Part shown: in pieces, positions 15,001 through 30,000 of the stretch
Numbering within the stretch: position 1 is the first letter of the stretch
Layout: every line of letters begins with the position of its first letter
NCBI GenBank assembly: GCA_964016885.1
Contig: OZ024747.1
Span: 28,768,001 to 28,832,000 of the forward strand
Source of the DNA: Eledone cirrhosa
Taxonomy: Eukaryota
Reading direction: 5' to 3'
DNA: 64,000 nucleotides
The notes under the pieces: generated by a model
The model's database searches: none
Told to the model about the DNA's origin: nothing
What the model saw: the letters and a program-made list of their open reading frames with translations, nothing else
Made by a program: the position numbers and the translations under genes

Positions 15001-18000
15001 ACATGGTACTACAGTGGCAGACAGAACAGTATTGTAGATGTAAAACTGACAACATGGTACTACAGTGGCAGACAGAACAGTATTGAAGATGTAAAACAGA
15101 CAACATGATACTACAGTGGCAAACAGAACAGTATTGTAGATGTAAAACTGACAACATGGTACTACAGTGGTAGACAGAACAGTATTATAGATGTAAAACT
15201 GACAATATGGTACTACAGTGGCAGACAGAACAGTATTGTAGATGTAAAATTGACAACATGGTACTACAGTGGTAGACAGAACAATATTGTAGATGTAAAA
15301 CTGACAACATGATACTACAGTGGCAGACAGAACATTATTGTAGATGTAAAACTGACAACATGACACTACAGTGGTAGACAGAACAGTATTGTAGATGTAA
15401 AACTGAGAACATGGTGCTACAGTGGCAGACAGAACAGTATTGTAGATGTAAAACTGACAACATGATAATACAGTGGTAGACAGAACAGTATTGTAGATGT
15501 AAAACTGACAACATGGTACTATAGTGGCAGACAGAACAGTATTGTAGATGTAAAACTGACAATATGGTACTATAGTGGCAAAGAGAACAGTATTGTAGAT
15601 GTAAAACTGACAACATGGTACTACAGTGGCAGACAGAACAGTACTGTAGATGTAAAACTGACAACATGGTACTACATTGGCAGACAGAACAGTACTGTAG
15701 ATGTAAAACTGACAACATGGTACTACAGTGGTAGACAGAACAGTATTGAAGATGTAAAACTGACAACATGGTACTACAGTGGTTCACAGAACAGTATTGT
15801 AGATGTAAAACTGACAACATGGTACTAAAGTGGTACACAGACAACTACTGTAGATGTAAAACTGCCAACATGGTACTACAGTGGCAGACAGAACAGTACT
15901 GTAGATGTAAAACTGACAACATGGTACTACATTGGCAGACAGAACAGTATTGTAGATGTAAAATTGACAACATGGTACTACATTGGCAGACAGAACAGTA
16001 TTGTAAATGTAAAACTGACAACATGGTACTACAGTGGCAGACAGAACAGTATTGTAGATGTAAAACTGACAACATGGTACTACAGTGGCAGACAGAATAG
16101 TATTGTAGATGTAAAACTGACATGATACTACAGTGGTAGACAGAACAATATTGTAGATGTAAAACTAACAACATAGTACTACAGTGGCAGGCAGAACAGT
16201 ATTGTAGATGTAAAATTGACAACATGGTACTACAGTGGCAGACAGAACAGTATTGTAGATGTAAAACTGACAACATGATACTACAGTGGCAGACAGAACA
16301 GTATTGTAGATGTAAAACTGACAACATGGTACTACAGTGGCAGACAGAACAGTATGGTAGATGTAAAACTGACAACATGGTACTACAGTGGCAGACAGAA
16401 CAGTATTGTAGATGTAAAACTGACAACATGGTACTACAGTGGCAGACAGAACAGTATTATAGATGTAAAACTGACAACATGGTACTACAGTGGCAGACAG
16501 AACAGTATTGTAGATGTAAAATTCGACAACATGGTACTACAGTGGTAGACAGAACAGTATTGAAGATGTAAAACTGACAACATGATACTACAGTGGTAGA
16601 CAGAACAGTATTATAGATGTAAAACTGACAACATGGTACTACAGTGGCAGACAGAACAGTATTATAAATGTGAAACTGACAACATGGTACTACAGTGGCA
16701 GACAGAACAGTATTGTAGATGTAAAACTGACAACATGGTACTACAGTGGCAGACAGAACAGTATTGTAGATGTAAAACTGACAACATGATACTACAGTGG
16801 CAGACAGAACAGTATTGTAGATGTAAAACTGACAACATGATACTACAGTGGTAGACAGAACAGAATTGTAGATGTAAAACTGACAACATGGTACTACAGT
16901 GGCAGACAGAACAGTATTGTAGATGTAAAACTGACAATATGGTACTATAGTGGCAAAGAGAACAGTATTGTAGATGTAAAACTGACAACATGGTACTACA
17001 GTGGCAGACAGAACAGTACTGTAGATGTAAAACTGACAACATGGTACTACAGTGGCAGACAGAACAGTACTGCAGATGTAAAACTGACAACATGGTACTA
17101 CAGTGGTAGACAGAACAGTATTGTAGATGTAAAACTGACAACATGGTACTACAGTGGTACACAGAACAGTATTGTAGATGTAAAACTGACAACATGGTAC
17201 TAAAGTGGTAGATAGACAACTACTGTAGATGTAAAACTGCCAACATGGTACTACAGTGGCAGACAGAACAGTATTGTAGATGTAAAATTGACAACATGGT
17301 ACTACAGTGGCAGACAGAACAGTACTGTAGATGTAAAACTGACAACATGGTACTACAGTGGTAGACAGAATAGTATTGTAGATGTAAAATTGACAACATG
17401 GTACTACAGTGGCAGACAGAACAGTATTGTAGATGTAAATCTGACAACATGATACTAAAGTGGTAGACAGAACAGTATTGTAGATGTAAAATTGACAACA
17501 TGGTACTACATTGGCAGACAGAACAGTATTGTAGATGTAAAACTGACAACATGGTACTACAGTGGCAGACAGAACAGTATTGTAGATGTAAAACTAACAA
17601 GATGGTACTACAGTGGTAGACAGAATAGTATTGTAGATGTAAAACTGACAACATGATACTACAGTGGTAGACAGAACAATATTGTAGATGTAAAACTAAC
17701 AAGATAGTACTACAGTGGTAGACAGAACACTCTTGTAGATGTAAAACTGACAACATGGTACTACAGTGGCAGACAGAACAGTATTGAAGATGTAAAACAG
17801 ACAACATGATACTACAGTGGCAAACAGAACAGTATTGTAGATGTAAAACTGACAACATGGTACTACAGTGGTAGACAGAACAGTATTATAGATGTAAAAC
17901 TGACAATATGGTACTACAGTGGCAGACAGAACAGTATTGTAGATGTAAAACTGACAACATAGTACTACAGTGGCAGACAAAACAGTATTTTAGATGTAAA

Positions 18001-21000
18001 ACTGACAACATGGTACTACAGTGGTAGACAGAACAATATTGTAGATGTAAAACTGACAACATGATACTACAGTGGCAGACAGAACAGTATTGTAGATGTA
18101 AAACTGACAACATAGTACTACAGTGGCAGACAAAACAGTATTTTAGATGTAAAACTGACAACATGGTACTACAATGGTAGACAGAACAATATTGTAGATG
18201 TAAAACTGACAACATGATACTACAGTGGCAGACAGAACAGTATTGTAGATGTAAAACTGACAACATGATAATACAGTGGTAGACAGAACAGTATTGTAGA
18301 TGTAAAACTGACAACATGGTACTACAGTGGCAGACAGAACAGTATTGTAGATGTAAAACTGACAATATGGTACTATAGTGGCAAAGAGAACAGTATTGTA
18401 GATGTAAAACTGACAACATGGTACTACAGTGGCAGACAGAACATTACTGTAGATATAAAACTGACAACATGGTACTACAGTGGCAGACAGAACCGTACTG
18501 TAGATGTAAAACTGACAACATGGTACTACAGTGGTAGACAGAACAGTATTGTAGATGTAAAACTGACAACATGGTACTACAGTGGTACACAGAACAGTAT
18601 TGTAGATGTAAAACTGACAACATGGTACTAAAGTGGTAGACAGACAACTACTGTAGATGTAAAACTGCCAACATGGTACTACAGTGGCAGACAGAACAGT
18701 ATTGTAGATGTAAAATTGACAACATGGTACTACAGTGGCAGACAGAACAGTACTGTCGATGTAAAACTGACAACATAGTACTACAGTGGTAGACAGAATA
18801 GTATTGTAGATGTAAAATTGACAACATGGTACTGCAGTGGCAGACAGAACAGTATTGTAGATGTAAAACTGACAACATGATACTAAAGTGGTAGACAGAA
18901 CAGTATTGTAGATGTAAAATTGACAACATGGTACTACATTGGCAGACAGAACAGTATTGTAGATGTAAAACTGACAACATGGTACTACAGTGGCAGACAG
19001 AACAGTATTGAAGATGTAAAACTGACAACATGATACTACAGTGGTAGACAGAACAATATTGTAGATGTAAAACTAACAAGATAGTACTACAGTGGTAGAC
19101 AGAACACTCTTGTAGATGTAAAACTGACAACATGGTACTACAGTGGCAGACAGAACAGTATTGAAGATGTAAAACAGACAACATGATACTACAGTGGCAA
19201 ACAGAACAGTATTGTAGATGTAAAACTGACAACATGGTACTACAGTGGTAGACAGAACAGTATTATAGATGTAAAACTGACAATATGGTACTACAGTGGC
19301 AGACAGAACAGTATTGTAGATGTAAAACTGACAACATAGTACTACAGTGGCAGACAAAACAGTATTTTAGATGTAAAACTGACAACATGGTACTACAGTG
19401 GTAGACAGAACAATATTGTAGATGTAAAACTGACAACATGATACTACAGTGGCAGACAGAACAGTATTGTAGATGTAAAACTGACAACATAGTACTACAG
19501 TGGCAGACAAAACAGTATTTTAGATGTAAAACTGACAACATGGTACTACAATGGTAGACAGAACAATATTGTAGATGTAAAACTGACAACATGATACTAC
19601 AGTGGCAGACAGAACAGTATTGTAGATGTAAAACTGACAACATGATAATACAGTGGTAGACAGAACAGTATTGTAGATGTAAAACTGACAACATGGTACT
19701 ACAGTGGCAGACAGAACAGTATTGTAGATGTAAAACTGACAATATGGTACTATAGTGGCAAAGAGAACAGTATTGTAGATGTAAAACTGACAACATGGTA
19801 CTACAGTGGCAGACAGAACATTACTGTAGATATAAAACTGACAACATGGTACTACAGTGGCAGACAGAACCGTACTGTAGATGTAAAACTGACAACATGG
19901 TACTACAGTGGTAGACAGAACAGTATTGTAGATGTAAAACTGACAACATGGTACTACAGTGGTACACAGAACAGTATTGTAGATGTAAAACTGACAACAT
20001 GGTACTAAAGTGGTAGACAGACAACTACTGTAGATGTAAAACTGCCAACATGGTACTACAGTGGCAGACAGAACAGTATTGTAGATGTAAAATTGACAAC
20101 ATGGTACTACAGTGGCAGACAGAACAGTACTGTCGATGTAAAACTGACAACATAGTACTACAGTGGTAGACAGAATAGTATTGTAGATGTAAAATTGACA
20201 ACATGGTACTACAGTGGCAGACAGAACAGTATTGTAGATGTAAATCTGACAACATGATACTAAAGTGGTAGACAGAACAGTATTGTAGATGTAAAATTGA
20301 CAACATGGTACTACATTGGCAGACAGAACAGTATTGTAGATGTAAAACTGACAACATGGTACTACAGTGGCAGACAGAACAGTATTGTAGATGTAAAACT
20401 GACAAGATAGTACTACAGTGGTAGACAGAACACTCTTGTAGATGTAAAACTGACAACATGGTACTACAGTGGCAGACAGAACAGTATTGAAGATGTAAAA
20501 CAGACAACATGATACTACAGTGGCAAACAGAACAGTATTGTAGATGTAAAACTGACAACATGGTACTACAGTGGTAGACAGAACAGTATTATAGATGTAA
20601 AACTGACAATATGGTACTACAGTGGCAGACAGAACAGTATTGTAGATGTAAAACTGACAACATAGTACTACAGTGGCAGACAAAACAGTATTTTAGATGT
20701 AAAACTGACAACATGGTACTACAGTGGTAGACAGAACAATATTGTAGATGTAAAACTGACAACATGATACTACAGTGGCAGACAGAACAGTATTGTAGAT
20801 GTAAAACTGACAACATAGTACTACAGTGGCAGACAAAACAGTATTTTAGATGTAAAACTGACAACATGGTACTACAATGGTAGACAGAACAATATTGTAG
20901 ATGTAAAACTGACAACATGATACTACAGTGGCAGACAGAACAGTATTGTAGATGTAAAACTGACAACATGATAATACAGTGGTAGACAGAACAGTATTGT

Positions 21001-24000
21001 AGATGTAAAACTGACAACATGGTACTACAGTGGCAGACAGAACAGTATTGTAGATGTAAAACTGACAATATGGTACTATAGTGGCAAAGAGAACAGTATT
21101 GTAGATGTAAAACTGACAACATGGTACTACAGTGGCAGACAGAACATTACTGTAGATATAAAACTGACAACATGGTACTACAGTGGCAGACAGAACCGTA
21201 CTGTAGATGTAAAACTGACAACATGGTACTACAGTGGTAGACAGAACAGTATTGTAGATGTAAAACTGACAACATGGTACTACAGTGGTACACAGAACAG
21301 TATTGTAGATGTAAAACTGACAACATGGTACTAAAGTGGTAGACAGACAACTACTGTAGATGTAAAACTGCCAACATGGTACTACAGTGGCAGACAGAAC
21401 AGTATTGTAGATGTAAAATTGACAACATGGTACTACAGTGGCAGACAGAACAGTACTGTCGATGTAAAACTGACAACATAGTACTACAGTGGTAGACAGA
21501 ATAGTATTGTAGATGTAAAATTGACAACATGGTACTGCAGTGGCAGACAGAACAGTATTGTAGATGTAAAACTGACAACATGATACTAAAGTGGTAGACA
21601 GAACAGTATTGTAGATGTAAAATTGACAACATGGTACTACATTGGCAGACAGAACAGTATTGTAGATGTAAAACTGACAACATGGTACTACAGTGGCAGA
21701 CAGAACAGTATTGAAGATGTAAAACTGACAACATGATACTACAGTGGTAGACAGAACAGTATTATAGATGTAAAACTGACAACATGGTACTACAGTGGCA
21801 GACAGAACAGTATTATAAATGTGAAACTGACAACATGGTACTACAGTGGCAGACAGAACAGTATTGTAGATGTAAAACTGACAACATGGTACAACAGTGG
21901 CAGACAGAACAGTATTGTAGATGTAAAACTGACAACATGATACTACAGTGGCAGACAGAACAGTATTGTAGATGTAAAACTGACAACATGGTACTACAGT
22001 GGCAGACAGAACAGTATTGTAGATGTAAAACTGACAACATGGTACTACAGTGGCAGACAGAACAGTATTGTAGATGTAAAACTGACAACATGGTACTACA
22101 GTGGCAGACGGAACAGTATTGTAGATGTAAAACTGACAACATGGTACTACAGTGGCAGACAGAACAGTATTGTAGATGTAAAACAGACAACATGATACTA
22201 CAGTGGTAGACAGAACAGTATTATAGATGTAAAACTGACAACATGGTACTACAGTGGCAGACAGAACAGTATTATAAATGTGAAACTGACAACATGGTAC
22301 TACAGTGGCAGACAGAACAGTATTGTAGATGTAAAACTGACAACATGGTACTACAGTGGCAGACAGAACAGTATTGAAGATGTAAAACAGACAACATGAT
22401 ACTACAGTGGCAAAGAGAACAGTATTGTAGATGTAAAACTGACAACATGATACTAAAGTGGTAGACAGAACAGTATTGTAGATGTAAAATTGACAACATG
22501 GTACTACATTGGCAGACAGAACAGTATTGTAGATGTAAAACTGACAACATGGTACTACAGTGGCAGACAGAACAGTATTGTAGATGTAAAACTAACAACA
22601 TGGTACTACAGTGGTAGACAGAATAGTATTGTAGATGTAAAACTGACAACATGATACTACAGTGGTAGACAGAACAATATTGTAGATGTAAAACTAACAA
22701 CATAGTACTACAGTGGTAGACAGAACACTCTTGTAGATGTAAAACTGACAACATGGTACTACAGTGGCAGACAGAACAGTATTGAAGATGTAAAACAGAC
22801 AACATGATACTACAGTGGCAAACAGAACAGTATTGTAGATGTAAAACTGACAACATGGTACTACAGTGGTAGACAGAACAGTATTATAGATGTAAAACTG
22901 ACAATATGGTACTACAGTGGCAGACAGAACAGTATTGTAGATGTAAAACTAACAACATAGTACTACAGTGGCAGACAAAACAGTATTTTAGATGTAAAAC
23001 TGACAACATGGTACTACAGTGGTAGACAGAACAATATTGTAGATGTAAAACTGACAACATGATACTACAGTGGCAGACAGAACAGTATTGTAGATGTAAA
23101 ACTGACAACATAGTACTACAGTGGCAGACAAAACAGTATTTTAGATGTAAAACTGACAACATGGTACTACAGTGGCAGACAGAACAGTACTGTGGATGTA
23201 AAACTGACAACATGGTACTACAGTGGTAGACAGAACAGTATTGTAGATGTAAAACTGACAACATGGTACTACAGTGGTACACAGAACAGTATCGTAGATG
23301 TAAAACTGACAACATGGTACTAAAGTGGTAGACAGAACAGTATTGTAGATGTAAAACTGACAACATGGTACTACAGTGGCAGACAGAACAGTATTGTAGA
23401 TGTAAAACTGACAACATGATACTACAGTGGCAGACAGAACAGTATTGTAGATGTAAAACTGACAACATGATAATACAGTGGTAGACAGAACAGTATTGTA
23501 GATGTAAAACTGACAACATGGTACTACAGTGGCAGACAGAACAGTACTGTGGATGTAAAACTGACAACATGGTACTACAGTGGTAGACAGAACAGTATTG
23601 TAGATGTAAAACTGACAACATGGTACTACAGTGGTACACAGAACAGTATCGTAGATGTAAAACTGACAACATGGTACTAAAGTGGTAGACAGAACAGTAT
23701 TGTAGATGTAAAACTGACAACATGGTACTACAGTGGCAGACAGAACAATATTGTAGATGTAAAACTGACAACATGATACTACGGTGGCAGACAGAACAGT
23801 ATTGTTGATGTAAAACTGACAACATGATAATACAGTGGTAGACAGAACAGTATTGTAGATGTAAAACTGACAACATGGTACTACAGTGGCAGACAGAACA
23901 GTATTGAAGATGTAAAACAGACAACATGATACTACAGTGGCAAACAGAACAGTATTGTAGATGTAAAACTGACAACATGGTACTACAGTGGTAGACAGAA

Positions 24001-27000
24001 CAGTATTATAGATGTAAAACTGACAATATGGTACTACAGTGGCAGACAGAACAGTATTGTAGATGTAAAACTGACAACATAGTACTACAGTGGCAGACAA
24101 AACAGTATTTTAGATGTAAAACTGACAACATGGTACTACAGTGGTAGACAGAACAATATTGTAGATGTAAAACTGACAACATGATACTACAGTGGCAGAC
24201 AGAACAGTATTGTAGATGTAAAACTGACAACATAGTACTACAGTGGCAGACAAAACAGTATTTTAGATGTAAAACTGACAACATGGTACTACAATGGTAG
24301 ACAGAACAATATTGTAGATGTAAAACTGACAACATGATACTACAGTGGCAGACAGAACAGTATTGTAGATGTAAAACTGACAACATGATAATACAGTGGT
24401 AGACAGAACAGTATTGTAGATGTAAAACTGACAACATGGTACTACAGTGGCAGACAGAACAGTATTGTAGATGTAAAACTGACAATATGGTACTATAGTG
24501 GCAAAGACAGAACAGTATTGTAGATGTAAAACTGACAACATGGTACTACAGTGGCAGACAGAACAGTACTGTAGATGTAAAACTGACAACATGGTACTAC
24601 AGTGGCAGACAGAACAGTACTGTAGATGTAAAACTGACAACATGGTACTACAGTGGTAGACAGAACAGTATTGTAGATGTAAAACTGACAACATGGTACT
24701 ACAGTGGTACACAGAACAGTATTGTAGATGTAAAACTGACAACATGGTACTAAAGTGGTAGACAGACAACTACTGTAGATGTAAAACTGCCAACATGGTA
24801 CTACAGTGGCAGACAGAACAGTATTGTAGATGTAAAATTGACAACATGGTACTACAGTGGCAGACAGAACAGTACTGTAGATGTAAAACTGACAACATAG
24901 TACTACAGTGGTAGACAGAATAGTATTGTAGATGTAAAATTGACAACATGGTACTGCAGTGGCAGACAGAACAGTATTGTAGATGTAAAACTGACAACAT
25001 GATACTAAAGTGGTAGACAGAACAGTATTGTAGATGTAAAATTGACAACATGGTACTACATTGGCAGACATAACAGTATTGTAGATGTAAAACTGACAAC
25101 ATGGTACTACAGTGGCAGACAGAACAGTATTGAAGATGTAAAACTGACAACATGATACTACAGTGGTAGACAGAACAGTATTATAGATGTAAAACTGACA
25201 ACATGGTACTACAGTGGCAGACAGAACAGTATTATAAATGTGAAACTGACAACATGGTACTACAGTGGCAGACAGAACAGTATTGTAGATGTAAAACTGA
25301 CAACATGGTACAACAGTGGCAGACAGAACAGTATTGTAGATGTAAAACTGACAACATGATACTACAGTGGCAGACAGAACAGTATTGTAGATGTAAAACT
25401 GACAACATGGTACTACAGTGGCAGACAGAACAGTATTGTAGATGTAAAACTGACAACATGGTACTACAGTGACAGACAGAACAGTATTGTAGATGTAAAA
25501 CTGACAACATGGTACTACAGTGGCAGACAGAACAGTATTGTAGATGTAAAACTGACAACATGGTACTACAGTGGCAGACAGAACAGTATTGTAGATGTAA
25601 AATTCGACAACATGGTACTGCAGTGGCAGACAGAACAGTATTGAAGATGTAAACCTGACAACATGATACTACAGTGGTAGACAGAACAGTATTATAGATG
25701 TAAAACTGAAAACATGGTACTACAGTGGCAGACAGAACAGTATTATAAATGTGAAACTGACAACATGGTACTACAGTGGCAGACAGAACAGTATTGTAGA
25801 TGTAAAACTGACAACATGGTACTACAGTGGCAGACAGAACAGTATTGAAGATGTAAAACAGACAACATGATACTACAGTGGCAAACAGAACAGTATTGTA
25901 GATGTAAAACTGACAACATGGTACTACAGTGGTAGACAGAACAGTATTATAGATGTAAAACTGACAATATGGTACTACAGTGGCAGACAGAACAGTATTG
26001 TAGATGTAAAATTGACAACATGGTACTACAGTGGTAGACAGAACAATATTGTAGATGTAAAACTGACAACATGATACTACAGTGGCAGACAGAACAGTAT
26101 TGTAGATGTAAAACTGACAACATGACACTACAGTGGTAGACAGAACAGTATTGTAGATGTAAAACTGAGAACATGGTGCTACAGTGGCAGACATAACAGT
26201 ATTGTAGATGTAAAACTGACAACATGATAATACAGTGGTAGACAGAACAGTATTGTAGATGTAAAACTGACAACATGGTACTACAGTGGCAGACAGAACA
26301 GTATTGTAGATGTAAAACTGACAATATGGTACTATAGTGGCAAAGAGAACAGTATTGTAGATGTAAAACTGACAACATGGTACTACAGTGGCAGACAGAA
26401 CAGTACTGTAGATGTAAAACTGACAACATGGTACTACAGTGGCAGACAGAACAGTACTGTAGATGTAAAACTGACAACATGGTACTACAGTGGTAGACAG
26501 AACAGTATTGTAGATGTAAAACTGACAACATGGTACTACAGTGGTACACAGAACAGTATTGTAGATGTAAAACTGACAACATGGTACTAAAGTGGTAGAC
26601 AGACAACTACTGTAGATGTAAAACTGCCAACATGGTACTACAGTGGCAGACAGAACAGTATTGTAGATGTAAAATTGACAACATGGTACTACAGTGGCAG
26701 ACAGAACAGTACTGTAGATGTAAAACTGACAACATGGTACTACATTGGCAGACAGAACAGTATTGTAGATGTAAAATTGACAACATGGTACTACATTGGC
26801 AGACAGAACAGTATTGTAGATGTAAAACTGACAACATGGTACTACAGTGGCAGACAGAACAGTATTGTAGATGTAAAACTGACAACATGGTACTACAGTG
26901 GCAGACAGAATAGTATTGTAGATGTAAAACTGACAACATGATACTACAGTGGTAGACAGAACAATATTGTAGATGTAAAACTAACAACATAGTACTACAG

Positions 27001-30000
27001 TGGCAGGCAGAGCAGTATTGTAGATGTAAAATTGACAACATGGTACTACAGTGGCAGACAGAACAGTATTGTAGATGTAAAACTGACAACATGATACTAC
27101 AGTGGCAGACAGAACAGTATTGTAGATGTAAAACTGACAACATGGTACTACAGTGGCAGACAGAACAGTATTGTAGATGTAAAACTGACAACATGGTACT
27201 ACAGTGGCAGACAGAACAGTATTGTAGATGTAAAACTGACAACATGGTACTACAGTGGTAGACAGAACAGTATTGTAGATGTAAAACTGACAACATGGTA
27301 CTACAGTGGTACACAGAACAGTATCGTAGATGTAAAACTGACAACATGGTACTAAAGTGGTAGACAGAACAGTATTGTAGATGTAAAACTGACAACATGG
27401 TACTACAGTGGCAGACAGAACAATATTATAGATGTAAAACTGACAACATGATACTACAGTGGCAGACAGAACAGTATTGTAGATGTAAAACTGACAACAT
27501 GATAATACAGTGGTAGACAGAACAGTATTGTAGATGTAAAACTGACAACAAGGTACTACAGTGGCAGACAGAACAGTATTGAAGATGTAAAACAGACAAC
27601 ATGATACTACAGTGGCAAACAGAACAGTATTGTAGATGTAAAACTGACAACATGGTACTACAGTGGTAGACAGAACAGTATTATAGATGTAAAACTGACA
27701 ATATGGTACTACAGTGGCAGACAGAACAGTATTGTAGATGTAAAACTGACAACATAGTACTACAGTGGCAGACAAAACAGTATTTTAGATGTAAAACTGA
27801 CAACATGGTACTACAGTGGTAGACAGAACAATATTGTAGATGTAAAACTGACAACATGATACTACAGTGGCAGACAGAACAGTATTGTAGATGTAAAACT
27901 GACAACATAGTACTACAGTGGCAGACAAAACAGTATTTTAGATGTAAAACTGACAACATGGTACTACAATGGTAGACAGAACAATATTGTAGATGTAAAA
28001 CTGACAACATGATACTACAGTGGCAGACAGAACAGTATTGTAGATGTAAAACTGACAACATGATAATACAGTGGTAGACAGAACAGTATTGTAGATGTAA
28101 AACTGACAATATGGTACTACAGTGGCAGACAGAACAGTATAGTAGATGTAAAACTGACAATATGGTACTATAGTGGCAAAGAGAACAGTATTGTAGATGT
28201 AAAACTGACAACATGGTACTACAGTGGCAGACAGAACAGTACTGTAGATGTAAAACTGACAACATGGTACTACAGTGGCAAACAGAACAGTACTGTAGAT
28301 GTAAAACTGACAACATGGTACTACAGTGGCAGACAGAACAGTATTGTAGATGTAAAATTCGACAACATGGTACTACAGTGGCAGACAGAACAGTATTGAA
28401 GATGTAAAACTGACAACATGATACTACAGTGGTAGACAGAACAGTAATATAGATGTAAAACTGACAACATGGTACTACAGTGGCAGACAGAACAGTATTA
28501 TAAATGTGAAACTGACAACATGGTACTACAGTGGCAGACAGAACAGTATTGTAGATGTAAAACTGACAACATGGTACTACAGTGGCAGACAGAACATTAT
28601 TGTAGATGTAAAACTGACAACATGATACTACAGTGGCAGACAGAACAGTATTGTAGATGTAAAACTGACAACATGGTACTACAGTGGCAGACAGAACAGT
28701 ATTGTAGATGTAAAACTGACAACATGGTACTACAGTGGCAGACAGAACAGTATTGTAGATGTAAAACTGACAACATGGTACTACAGTGGCAGACAGAACA
28801 GTATTATAGATGTAAAACTGACAACATGGTACTACAGTGGCAGACAGAACAGTATTGTAGATGTAAAATTCGACAACATGGTACTACAGTGGCAGACAGA
28901 ACAGTATTGAAGATGTAAAACTGACAACATGATACTACAGTGGTAGACAGAACAGTATTATAGATGTAAAACTGACAACATGGTACTACAGTGGCAGACA
29001 GAACAGTATTATAAATGTGAAACTGACAACATGGTACTACAGTGGCAGACAGAACAGTATTGTAGATGTAAAACCGACAACATGGTACTACAGTGGCAGA
29101 CAGAACAGTATTGTAGATGTAAAACTGACAACATGATACTACAGTGGCAGACAGAACAGTATTGTAGATGTAAAACTGACAACATGATACTACAGTGGTA
29201 GACAGAACAGAATTGTAGATGTAAAACTGACAACATGGTACTACAGTGGCAGACAGAACAGTATTATAAATGTGAAACTGACAACATGGTACTACAGTGG
29301 CAGCCAGAACAGTATTGTAGATGTAAAACTGACAATATGGTACTAGAGTGGCAAAGAGAACAGTATTGTAGATGTAAAACTGACAACATGGTACTACAGT
29401 GGCAGACAGAACAGTACTGTAGATGTAAAACTGAAAACATGGTACTACAGTGGTAGACAGAACAGTACCGTAGATGTAAAACTGACAACATGGTACTAAA
29501 GTGGTAGACAGACAACTACTGTAGATGTAAAACTGACAACATGGTACTACAGTGGCAGACAGAACAATATTGTAGATGTAAAACTGACAACATGATACTA
29601 GAGTGGTAGACAGAACAGAATTGTAGATGTAAAAATGACAACATGGTACTACAGTGGTAGACAGAACAGTATTGTAGATGTAAATCTGACAACATGATAC
29701 GACAGTGGTAGACAGGTAGACAGACCAGTATTGTAGATGTAAAACAGACAACATGGTACTACAGTGGTAGACAGAACAGTATTGTAGATATAAAACTGAC
29801 AATATGGTACTACAGTGGCAGACAGAGCAGTACTGTAGATGTAAAACTGACAACATGGAACTACACTGGCAGACAGAACAGTATTGTAGATGTAAAATTG
29901 ACAACATGGTACTACAGTGGCAGACAGAACAGTATTGTAGATGTAAAACTGACAACATGGTACTACAGTGGCAGACAGAACAGTATTGTAGATGTAAAAC